Of a stretch of 64,000 nt of DNA, positions 49,954-62,119 are shown one piece after another. The DNA lies in the NCBI RefSeq assembly GCF_964204645.1, contig NC_134035.1, positions 6,448,001 through 6,512,000 on the forward strand, in the 5' to 3' direction. Below the pieces are notes generated by a model. That model had not been told where the DNA came from, made no database searches, and saw only the letters and a list, made by a program, of their open reading frames with translations. The DNA comes from Tubulanus polymorphus. Lineage: Eukaryota > Animalia > Nemertea. Numbering within the stretch: position 1 is the first letter of the stretch; the number at the start of each line of letters is the position of its first letter. Position numbers and translations under genes: made by a program.

Positions 49954-51979
49954 TTGAGTTACTGCGGAACCCCAGAAATATCTTTTTTCTCGTTCAAAAG
50001 ACCTTTCGCTTGTAAATTCTTTCTACGGAACAAAATTTATTTCGTTCGAACCAATAATATTCTGTTCGATTGAACCAATTTGAAAAAATCGTTAGAACAA
50101 AGTTGAACAAACTTTTTTGTTGAAACAAAAGGTTTTTTCGTTCGAACAATCGTCCGATCTAACAGAATCGTTTAAATTTGAACAGAATTTTCTTGTCAGA
50201 ACATTAAGTTTTTCGTTCGAACAAGTATAGTGTAAAAAGTTTTTTCTCCGAACCAAAAGTATTAAGTATTTTGTTCAATCGAACAGAATTGTTTTCATTC
50301 AAAGATTCGTTCGAAAAAATTGTTTTCGCTCAACCAAATTTTTTGCCGGGACAAAGAGTTTTTCATTTCAACAATAACATATCTTTCAGAATGAAGAAAA
50401 GTTTTGGTTCAAACAAAAAGTGTACAAGTTTTCTTGTCGGATCATTAAGTTTTTTGGTCGAACAGCGTGTTAAGGTCGTTTTGGAAATTTACTCGGTCTG
50501 GTATATTTTGGATTACTGTGTATGTCATTTGTCAGGACATTAGAAGACGACTTAGGATACTACCTTGCGTGACTCCACTAGTTAGACCGACTTATTCCAA
50601 GATGAGGCGTTCCGTTGATTTCGGCTACAAGTTTTCGTTCAGATATAATGCTGAGCCATTTCGGCAACCTATCATTGATACTGTTTCCTAATAGCCTTGT
50701 TTAGTAATGGCTGATGTTGTACCTTATCAAATGCTTTGTCGAAATCATAAAGAGTAATTATCGCCTAACAGTCGATTTTCCAGAGTCAAATAGGACATCA
50801 AATCCAGTTGTCCATGGTTTCAAGAAGGTCTAATTGACTGTTTGTGGAGCTTCCTCTTATAAAACTGTGTTAACCATTGAACAGGATTCAAAGACTGTGC
50901 AGAAAACCCGTTATCGCTGCTTTGCAGCTATATTTATTATTTTTTTTTTTCCAAACTTTTTTTTGTCAAAAGTACAAAGGCTTTTTTACATAACCACTGT
51001 TGCCGATACAATCCGTCTGATATCATTCAGCTCACTTCAATCTACAAATACTATGTGCGAATTTTGAAGAATCAACGTTACAAAAGCACTGTCGGGCCGT
51101 AAACATCGAAAATTGAGCCCCAGTCAAAGAGCCGACATGTTTTTCTAAGTCGTCTTTCCGAAATCTACCGCACGTTTCTTGTCACGTCGATTATGAATTC
51201 AAGCATAAATTAACAAATTTATTACCCAAAGATTGCACATTCTGTCGCGGTTTTTAAAAACTAATTTTAACAATAGCCCAATTTCCTCATCAAATCATAT
51301 TACCGATACACAGGAAATTTACTACTTTAGATTTTAAAAGCACTGTCGAGCCGTAAACATCGACAAATCGACGTGTGTCACTACATCGTCGTTCCGGGGA
51401 TCAGCTGCGAGTTTCTCCTCATCATGAGAATCAAATCGAGTGCAAATTAATTTATAACTTCCAGTGATTTGGCTGCGGGCGTCAAGCAGTTAGTTTAGCA
51501 ATACCTATTTTTCTTTACCAAATTAACCGTGTATTTACTAAGATAAATCATAAGTGTACCGGGGAGTCGTAGGCCTAAACTAAACACGCCGAAGAGATAT
51601 AGCGGAGAAAAGCTGTTATGTCGACGAGGTATCAAAAAAAAAATATATTACTTTATTCGGCCGCGGGCTTCAACCTCTATATCAATACCATCAATACTCT
51701 ATATTTACTACAGTACATACCGATCATTGTCAAATGCACAAGGTATTTACTAAATACAAGTATATAACACACTCCTATCCGTATGCTGGACTCACACTTG
51801 ACATTCGGAGTAAGCGTTCGCTGTGGGGGAAAGGAGACCGTTCGCTGTGTCGCTTGAAGTGTTTATCGAGTTTTACGCGACCTTAAGGCTTTAGTATGGT
51901 GGCTGATAAGATAAAAAAACACGAATATGCAAATGAGGGCGACATTACGACAAAACTAAAATAACGCGAGAAAACAATG

Positions 51980-52535
51980 AATTTTGATTTTGTCGCCCGC
52001 GACAATTCATTAATTTTTGGTTTTGTCACACGCGACAATTCATTATTTTGGTTTTATCGCTTGCGAAAATTCATTATTTTGGATTTGTCGCTCGTGACAA
52101 TTCATTATTACGGTTTTGTCGCCCGCGACAATTCATTATTTTGGTTTTGTCGCCCGCGACAATTCAATATTTTGGTTTTGTCGCCCGCGACAATTCACCA
52201 TATTGGTTTTGTCGCCCGAGACAATTCATTATTTTGGTTTTATCGCCCGCGACAATTCATTATTTTGGTTTTGTCGCCCGACAATTCTTTTTTTGGTTTT
52301 GTCGCCCGCGACTATTCGTTAGTTTGGTTTTGTCGCCCGCGACAATTCAATGTTTTGGTTTTGTCGCCCGCGACAATTCACCATTTTGGTTTTGTCGCCC
52401 GCGACAATTCATTATTTTGGTTTTATCGCCCGCGACAATTCATTAGTTTGGTTTTGTCGCCCGCGACAATTCAATATTTTGGTTTTATCACCCGCGACAA
52501 TTCATTTGTTTGGTTTTGTCGCCCGCGACAATTCT
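51980..52535. repeat. 30-bp tandem satellite, resumes at 54284-54560
   Basis: Unit TTTTGGTTTTGTCGCCCGCGACAATTCATTA, about 18 plus 9 copies. Confidence 0.95.
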
Positions 52536-53059
52536 TTTTCAGTCCACTTGGGACTTTAGTCCCAGCGGGCTATTACGTTCACTTTTCGTCCGTCCGTCGG
52601 TCCATAGACGGAATCCAGTTATTTTGGGAAGTTTTGAAGACGCTTCAATGTAATGTCTTGATATTTGGTTTATACATGTATCTACCCTAGACACATCGTC
52701 AGCCTAAAAACTGGCCCTATCAGATTCAAGATGGCTGACTGGCAGCCATTGTTGTTTGCCAAAATCAGCAATTTTTAAACATTTTCGAAGTTTTCGTGGG
52801 AAATTTTGAAGACGCTTTGATCAATTACCTTGATCTTTCGTTTATATTTGAATCTACCAAAGGCCCATCAGCATAAGAAAATTGGGTCGATCTGACTCAA
52901 GATGGCCGTCCGATGACCTTTTTAGTGCCCAAAAATGTCAATTTTGGCCAGAATTCTAGGTCCTGTAGCTTCCTACTGGTTCCATTAAACATTCTTTACT
53001 AACCAGGAATATCCAAATTAGGAACAGTTTAACACTGGATAAACTTTGATACTCACAAG

Positions 53060-53098
53060 AGCAAGCTTTCACCTACATTCTGTAGGCATCGTCAGGCT
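53060..53098 (-). ncRNA. Minimal hammerhead ribozyme candidate
   Basis: AGC-CTGACGA-T-GCCTACA-gaa-TGTAGGT-GAAA-GCTT-GCT. Confidence 0.55.
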
Positions 53099-53368
53099 TA
53101 ATGTGACGTCATCGGATGTTGTTGATGTGACGTCACAGCCGGATCTCATATTGACGGTGGAACCCCGGTGGTTCGAACGAGGTGTTCAGGGGTCATTTTA
53201 CATATACCTGAGACACCCCACGCTGAATAAAGACTTTGGGAGATTTGCTCTACCCCCTGTATAGAATAACATCCTTAAGGCAGCAGACGGCGCGCGGGGG
53301 CCTTCACAGACCAGCTGACGAGATCCGGCTGTGACGTCACATCAACAACATCTGATGACGTCACATTA

Positions 53369-53407
53369 AGCCTGACGATGCCTACAGAATGTAGCTGAAA
53401 GCTTGCT
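53369..53407 (+). ncRNA. Minimal hammerhead ribozyme candidate (mirror copy, one stem II mismatch)
   Basis: AGC-CTGACGA-T-GCCTACA-gaa-TGTAGCT-GAAA-GCTT-GCT. Confidence 0.5.
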
Positions 53408-56400
53408 CTTGTGAGTATCAAAGTTTATCCAGTGTATGAGTGTTAAACTGTTCCAAATTCCTACTGGTTTGCCATTTCTCATTGCAATTGCTGATGGATA
53501 TTCTTTAGAGAGGGATGTTTTATACCTGGGACAGGTATTTTTGATCAGCCAATTATGACGCAATTGGCGGCCATCTTGATGTCATCAGTACTCATTCGTA
53601 GGTGGGAAAAATTTTTTCCACATTAAATTGATACCTAAGCATATTGTGTTACTATATTCAATTGGAAAGTTGTAGCCCATAACGTGTTCTATGATTTTTG
53701 TGAGTTTCAAGGTCATTGGCTTTTGTATGTGGCCATCAGGGGGCGTTGAATAATACAATAACTTAGTATCGCTATATTATATTTGTACCAAGGCATATTT
53801 TGCTACCATGATCAATTGCAAAGTTGTAGTTCATGACATCGTCTATGATTGTGGTGAGTTTTTAAGGACATTAGTTATTCCATATAGTCACCAGGGGGCG
53901 TTGAATAGTAGAAAAGCTTAGTTTTTCCTTATTAGATTGGTACCTAGGCATATTTTGTTATCATGATCAATTGCAAGTTGTATTTCATGACATGTACTAC
54001 GATTGTGGTGAGTTTTAAGGTCATTGGGTTTTGCATATGGTCACCAGGGGGCGTTGAATAGTAGAATAACTTAGTATTTCCATATTGAATTGGTAACGAG
54101 GCATATTTTGTTATCACAATCTATTACAAAATCACAGCTGCTCACATGTTCTATGATTGTGGTAGGTTTCAAGGTCATTGGTTTTTGTATATGGTCACTA
54201 GAGGGCGTTATGTATTGAAATTGTTAGATTGTTGAGCATTTGAAACCACTTCCCAAGTGAGCATGGTGTCCCTGGACCCCTAGTTTGGTTTTGTCGCCGC
54301 GACAATTCATTATTTTGGTTTTGTCGCACGCAACAATTCAATATTTTGTTTTTGTCGTCCGCGACAATACATTATTTTGGTTTTATCGCCCGCGACAATT
54401 CAATGTTTTGGTTTTAACGCCCGCGACAATTCATTATTGTGGTTTTATCGCCCGCGACAATCCATTATTTTTGTTTTGTCGCCCGTGACAATTCAATATT
54501 TTGGTTTTGTCAACCGCGACAATTCATAATTTTGGTTTTGTCGCCCGTGGTTTTGTCGGAACATTAAGTTTTTTGGTCGAACAGTGTGTTAAGGTCGTTT
54601 TGGAAATTTACTCGGTCTGGTATATTTTGGATTACTGTGTATGTCATTTGTCAGGACATTAAACAGAAGACGACTTAGGATACTACCTTGCGTGACTCCA
54701 CTAGCTAGACCGTCTCATTCCAAGATGAGGCGTTCTGTTGACCTCGGTTACAAGTTTCCGTTCAGAGATAACTGCAGAGCCATTTGGGCGACCTATCATT
54801 GATACTGTTTCCTAATAGCCTGTTTAGTAATGGCTGATGTTGAGCCTTATCAAATGCTTCGTTGAAATCCACTGTTGAACGGGATTCTAAGACTGTGCAG
54901 AAAACCCGTTATCGCTGCTTTGCAGCTATATTTATTATTGTTATTTTCTTCCACACTATTTTTACCAAAAGAACATAGGCTTTGTTACCTTACCGCTGTT
55001 TCATATACAATCCATATAATATCGTTCAGCTCACTGAGATCTACAAATATCCCGCGTGTTTTTCACAAATCATCGTTACAAAAGCACTGTCGGGCCGTAA
55101 ACATCGAAAATTTCGCCCCATTCAATGTGGCGACATCTTTTTCGAGTCGTCATCCCGAAATCAACCCGCAGGCTGATTGTCACTTCGATTATCAATTCAA
55201 GTATAAATGAACTAATTTATTGCCGCAGACTTCACATTCAGCCGCGGTCTTCATACAGTGATTTTAACAATAGCCCATTTTCCTCATCAAATCATATTAC
55301 CGATACACTGTAAATTTACTACTTTAGATTTTAAAAGCACTGTCGAGCCGTAAACATCGACGAATCGACGTGTGTTACTACATCGTCGTTCCGGGGATAA
55401 GCTGCGAGTTTCTCCTCATCATGAAAATCAAATCGAGTACAAATTAATTTATTGCTACTGCGGGTTTCAAGGAGTTAGTTTAACAATATCTATTTTTCTT
55501 TACCGAATTAACCGTGTATTTACTAAGATAAATCTTTAGTGTACAGGGGAATCGTAGGCCTAAACTAAACACGCCGAAGAGATATAGCGGAGAAAAGCTG
55601 TTATGTCGACGAGTTATCAAAATAAAAGAATATATTACTTTATTCGGCCGCGGGCTTCAACCTCTATATCAATACCATCAATACTCTATATTTCCTACAG
55701 TACATACCGATCATTGTCAAATGCACAAGGTATTTACTAAATACAAGTATATAACACACTCCTATCCGTATGCTGGACTCACACTTGACATTCGGAGTAA
55801 GCGTTCGCTGTGGAGGAAAGGAGATCGTTCGCTGTGTCGCTTGAAGATTTTATCGAGTTTTACGCGATATTAAGGCTTAGGCCTACCGGAACTGACCTTT
55901 ACTGTCTCAAACAAACACAGTATAATTGTTGCGTTTATTAACGGACTCATTGGATTGAACTTCATAACAAAATTTACGATATTTAGGAGGGTTGTTATTC
56001 AATAGGCCTACGACCAATCTGTACGGATGTTAGGCCAACGCATATACATAGGCCTACATATGCTAGTAGCCTCTACTCGGTTAAAGCTAAGTTCACTGTA
56101 AAGGAGAAATCAGATTTATTTAAATGCATGTTAATTTGTGATTATCTGGTTCTGACTTGCAACGATCAATCACAATTATCAATTTTATTGGCAAAAATGA
56201 AGAGTTTTTTTGAAAATTTCGTCTGAGCAGACAGCTTTATAAGCTACACTTTTCATTTGAGTTTTTTCATCATAAATGAAACAGGTATTTCATTAATTGC
56301 TAATGACTTAAGCCGGACGTAGATCGGCTTTGCGACGGCTTGTGACTCACTGCGACGCCATTCACTGCGACCGCCAGCGACGATTGTGTCGCAACGACTC

Positions 56401-57562
56401 ATCGACCTATGCTCCCTTGCGACGGGTTGCGACTGTCAGCAACGCTAGTCACAAGGAGTCGCACGTGTTCTACTTTCTGCGACGCGACACGGCTGTCACA
56501 ACCAACCTACGCGCTCTTGCGACTGGCAGAAACTAGTTGCACACAGTCGACGACAATCGTATCGCAACCGACTTGCAGCGAAACTTGCGATGCAACGCGA
56601 GGATCGCATCGCGTTGCAAGGCCGACTTACGTCCAGCTTTAAGTTACTGCGGAGCCCCAAAAATATCTGTTTTTCGTTCATAAGACCTTCCGCTTGAAAA
56701 TCCTTTCGTCGGAAGAAATTTATTTCGTTCGAATCAATAATATTCTGTTCGATTGAACCAATTTGAAAAAATCGTTAGAACAAAGTTGAACAAACTTTTT
56801 TTGTCCAAACGAAAGGTTTTTCGTTCGAACAATCATTCGATCGTACAGAATCGTTTTAATTTGAACGGAATGTTCTTGTCAAAAAGATTTAGTTTTTCGT
56901 TCGAACAAGTATATTATAAAAAGTTTTTTCTTCGAACCAAAAGTATTAAGTAATTCGTTCAATCGAACAGAATTGTTTTCATTCAAACATTCGTTCCAAA
57001 CAAGTTGTTTTCGCTAAACCAAATTTCTTTGCCGGGACAAAAAGTTCTTCATTTCAACAATAACATAGCTTTTTATTCGAACACATTTTTGTCGGAATGA
57101 AGAAAAGTTTTGGTTCAAGCAAAAAGCGTATTGTTCGATCAAACAGAATTGTTTTCATTCGAACAAGATTTTCTTGTCGGAACATTTATTATTTTGGTCG
57201 AACGGCGTGTAAAGGTCGTTTTGGAAATTTACTCGGTCTGGTATATTTTGGATTACTGTGTATGTCAGGACATTAAACAGGAGACGACTTAGGATACTAC
57301 ATGTACTTTGCGTGACTCCACTAGTTAGACCGACTTATTCCAAGATTCCGTTGATTTCGGCTACAAGTTTTCGTTCAGAGATAGGCTAACTGCTGAGCCA
57401 TTTGAGCGACCTATCATTGATACCGTTTTCTAATAGCCTGTTTAGTAATGGCTGATGTTAAACCATATCAAATGCTTTGTCGAAATCCACCGTTGAACAG
57501 GATTCAAAACTGTGCAGAAAACCCGTTATCGCTGCTATGCAGCTATATTTATTATTATTATT

Positions 57563-57814
57563 ATGGTTTCTGCTGCCTTCGCAGAAACCCTATTGTATTC
57601 CTGCTGATTATTATTATTATCATTATTAGGGTTTCTGCTGCCTTCGCAGAAACCCTATTGTATTCCTGCTGATTATTATTATTTATCATTATTAGGGTTT
57701 CTGCTGCCTTCGCAGAAACCCTATTGTATTCCTGCTGATTATTATTATTAGGGTTTCTGCTGCCTTCGCAGAAACCCTATTGTATTCCTGCTGATTATCA
57801 TTATCATTATTATT

Positions 57815-57845
<31 letters not shown>
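57563..57845 (+). repeat. Four tandem copies of the HINE 5' hairpin unit plus (ATT)n
   Basis: GGTTTCTGCTGCCTTCGCAGAAACCCTATTGTATTCCTGCTG(ATT)n x4. Confidence 0.9.
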
Positions 57846-58268
57846 TCTTTTTCACACTGGATCTTACTGAAAGCATATAAACTACTGCAACTTACTTTCA
57901 ATCAATTCTGTATCACAAGTACTACGCTGCATTGACATATGCTGCGTATGATATTAATCAGAATGCCACTGTTTACTCTCTGTGAGCCTCTAAACATCGA
58001 AATTTAAGCCCGATTCAAACAGTATCCATCTACGTATGTGTATTGCCTGTGTGTCATTCCCACAGCGCATCAGTATGTGTGTTTGTGTCAGTGTCCCTAT
58101 AAGCATTGATAGAGCTGGTGTACTAGATCAGTAGTTTTTTAGTATTTTTATCTCTTCTACTATTGTGGCGCACTGAATGAGGTCAGTCTCGAGTGAACGC
58201 AACTGAGGAATTTATCCTCGTTTGCGCCGCCTATACAAGCAATAGCAATCCTGGCAGTATCTTCCCTA

Positions 58269-60652
58269 TGTAGCGGTTGTAGTGTAAACATATAAAATAG
58301 TAATTCAGGTAGTGACTGCTGTTGTCCATAGGTAGCGTAGTCGTAGTCACTCTGCTGTGCCGGGGCGCTCGCTACACGGGTCCGCCTGGGTCGACCGCAC
58401 TCGGGTAGTGAATACGGCAAGGAGACTCTTGTCTTCCCCAGGAAAGTAAATGGTATAAAATATGTAGAATCTGTTCCTCTATTGAAAAATGTCGCTAAAA
58501 AGGGCGCTTATAAGCAGTACGCTCTCCTCCAAACAGTCGCCTCCCTACTCCACGTAGCCTTAATCTGTGTGGCCAATACAGACCCCCCAACCCGCTCTCC
58601 TCAGAGTAATCCGCTTTAGGGGCTTTCCTCGGACGAAACTCGCAGTGTTGATTACTCGGCGGATATGGCTACCCCCATTCCAAGTGCCCTCTCGCACATA
58701 GCTGTCCCCCGTCATCTCAGGAGCTAATCGCGACTCATGCCAGATCTGTCAAACTAGTCGTATGCATAAGTGTTGTCCGTAGCGACAGTCAATAGGGGAA
58801 CGATCCTCACGTAAAACTAAATGGGTTCGATGCAGCAGGAAAACCACAGAAATCCTCGTCCTTCCTTCCAGTGCCGGCGAATCAAATAAACGCAAGATTC
58901 GAAGTTGGATTGGAATGTAGTACGAATTATTAAATATATATATTTTCTTATAATACAAAGTTCATCGTTCTTGATGCCAAGGGGACATCATGTCCACACG
59001 CAAAACACCTTGATTATTTACATTTCGATATATAAAAAGAATGTGCCCTCATGGCTTGCAAAGCCTTGGTACAATCAATGTACGGTAGCATCCAAAGGAG
59101 ACGACCGAACGTCAAATAGAAGCGGTGGCGCGGCGGACTCCGGCGTGTATCTAATATAACTTAGGTCTCTGTAAACGAGCGTTGAAGCTAATCAACGATT
59201 AAGATGTTAACGACGGAGCGACAAATAGTTAACGACGAGCGTGGTCGTTAATCAACGATAAGAATTATACGACGGAGCGTCAAATAGTTAACGACGAGCG
59301 TTGTCGTTAATCAACGACAGCGCGCCAAATTCAAAATGTCGTTGACGCGAACTGAAGAGTCGAAATTCAGAGGCGACGTCAAGAAGATGAAACGACCGCG
59401 TGTTCGTTCGAAAAAGGAGTTACTGAATACAGGCGATTTTCATGGTCAGCAGAAACGACATCTCGGAGTAAAATTACGGAAATAGCACAGAAGATATACT
59501 ATACTATTATTATTACTATTACTATTACTAATTACAGCGACGAGCGTTAAGTTGGCATCGTCAAAGGATTGAATTTAAACAGACGATGAATTGACGGAGA
59601 ATTTACAATATTTACAGGATTGTAAGTGACGAGTTTATCGGCAGCCCATGGCCGACGACTACGCGGCCCCCGGGTGCGTCGGCACCCGGGACTCACTGGG
59701 GGCGGGATGTCAAACAGCGATCCCGGGGTCAGACGACCCGGAGGCCCGTGTCTTAAATAGAGAAAGTAAAATTGTCTTCTTACATGATCTGTAGGCCTAC
59801 GATTTACAGCGTCGAGTCCGATTCGTAAAACGGTGAAGAGGCAGCAAGAAAGAGTTTCTAATGTGGCTCTGCCAGAGCCAAGTTGCCAATGAGCGCGATT
59901 GCGCCAAATTTATAGTTTTCATGCGGTCAACGCACGCGGTGATTGGTCAAGCGTGACGAGCAGTGATACGCTCCGCGGACAAAGTAGAGCACGCGAAATC
60001 ATTCAACCGTGACGAATGATAAAACCCTAAATAAAGACTTCATACGCAAGAAATAGAATTAAGTTCTATAATATTTTAAGATTAACGCGAAAAATGACGA
60101 CTATAAGACCGATACGGGGATATTTATTACAAAATAAACCGGAGTAAACCGCACCACCGCGAAAACGCTCACACGGAAGTGAGGCGGCGCCAGCGAACGG
60201 CGTCGTAAAAACGAGCGTAAACACGAGCAGGGCTGGAGAATTCTCCGGCGACGAGACGGAACCAAAACGGCCCAAAATCAAAAAAGTTGGGTCTCAAATA
60301 TAAAAAGGTGAACACACACTAATAGGTAGGTGGAGAATAAAAGAATGGCCTGGACAGGCGCCGAAAAATCGCTAATATCACCGCGATGTGGCGTGGCCAA
60401 CACCGCGGGGCCTGCCCAGGTCGTAAAATTGAATCTGACAGAACTGCCAAAAATCTATCAGATTGAAATTGAGCCGAAAAGATCCCGAAACATCGCCGCA
60501 GAACACTCAGCCCCGTCCCGGAATACGTACATCTAAAAAGAAACAATGAGAAAAGAACGGCTTAAGGCCATTCCGAAATACATAATATAATTTCACCAAA
60601 GACCGACATTTTGTGGTCAAACCCACCCCAGATATAGACAATTTTCGCCACA
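58269..60652. mobile_element. Probable 2.4-kb solo LTR or other TG..CA insertion
   Basis: Absent from the paralogous unit near 62535; termini TGTAGCG..CGCCACA; flanks CCTA/CCTG. Confidence 0.5.
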
Positions 60653-62088
60653 CCTGTATAGAGCTAATTAATGCAGCTATACGCGAGAGCCTGGGTGATT
60701 ATATTCTGCTAGCATTACAATATTCCTTGACGGATTTACTTGAAACTTTCGTGAGATGTACGGATCACAGGTACCTTGAGGTAAGTTGAAGGGATCTTTG
60801 ATTGGGGACCGCGTTCACCCACCAGGGGGCGTTTTACTTTTGAAAATTCTGACATCGAAAAGTTACTGTGTGAAAAAAATTTTTGTCTTTCAGTTTTCAG
60901 CTTCAGTCGAGCACGAAAGTTGTTCATAACAGCCTGGAGGCTAAAAAAATCAATGGCACGCCCTATCTGCGATTAACCGTTTGGGCTCTACGGGCTCGAA
61001 AATGGGCCCCCAAATTTTTTGATCAGATTTTTGCTCCTAGCTCCTTAACCGTTGGAGATAGAATCGTGGTTGCAGGAGTGATCAGTAGCCCTTGTGAAGA
61101 CACTTTTATTGATGTATGGTATAACTCAAATGGTTCTCCAGTAGCGCCACCTATAAGACGCTGGAATACGCATTTTCATCTATATCGACTAAGGGTATCA
61201 ATGGACTTCTATAGAAATTAATACACATGTACCTGGTTACAAAACGAAACGAACCCCTTATATGATTAGTTCCTATTTTAACCACTAGGGGGCGTAAATT
61301 TTGAAAAATCGATTTCAGCATCCATTTTTCGCATTTAATGCGGTCTGTTTATTATGAATATCACAAAACTTGGTATAAGAACGAAGACATGTGTGTAATA
61401 TGCCATCCTGCATGATTAGTTCATACAACTGCCACCAGGGGACTGTGAAAACAACGATTTTTGCTCCTTGGTCCTTAACCGTTGGCGATAGAATCGAGGT
61501 TGCAATGTGTGGTTAGTAGCCCTTTTCAAGATACTTGGATTTTATGTATGGTTTAAGTAGGTAACTTATATGGTTCTCCTGGAGCGCCACCTACATTTTG
61601 CTGGAAATGCATTTTCATTGATAGCTACTAAGCGGATAAAGGGATCTCTATGAAAATTGATAGCCATGTACCTGTATATAAGATACAACGAATGCCTAAC
61701 ATAATTAGTTCCTATTCTAACCACTAGGGGGCGTTAATGTTGAAAACTCATTCTAGCATAAGTTTTTTCGATTGTAATTCAGTAGTATGCTAACCGACAA
61801 AGTACCGTATCTTCGTTATTCTCGGTGTCATATCCCCTAACCTTGGTACATTAGAACTTTTCGCGTAGTATCCCATGTGAATCAACATAGCCATGTTATC
61901 AGCTGACCCCTAGGTGGCGCTCCTCATCCAGCAAGGCAGAAACCCGTTATCGCTGCTTTGCAGCTATATTTAGGGTTTTCTGTTTCTTCACAGAAAACCC
62001 TATTGAAATTCGCGTGATTATTAGGATTTCTGCTGCCTTCGCAGAAACCCTATTGTATTCCTGCTGATTATTATTATTATTATTATCA

Positions 62089-62119
<31 letters not shown>

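Larger units (their letters stand above)
52982..53457. mobile_element. Foldback insertion with hammerhead-like motifs in both arms (Penelope-like inverted pLTR)
   Basis: Inverted arms 53021-53147 and 53320-53454; flanking 12-bp direct repeat TTCCTACTGGTT (52970-52981, 53458-53469). Confidence 0.65.
52537..54284 (+). mobile_element. DINE/HINE-like element inserted in the 30-bp satellite
   Basis: 5' CACTTGGGA subTIR and TGGGACT-TT-AGTCCCA hairpin, GTCC microsatellite, four ~154-bp internal repeats (53630-54215), 3' TCCCAAGTG subTIR, hairpin and CTAGT. Confidence 0.7.

Noticed and set aside
51977-52690. Overlapping ORFs up to 237 aa, and a CRISPR-like look
   Set aside because: Translations of a 30-bp tandem satellite; units are contiguous with no unique spacers and no cas genes.
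57448-57901. Hairpin repeats with spacers, and short ORFs
   Set aside because: The spacers are (ATT)n microsatellite; this is a duplicated transposon 5' end.
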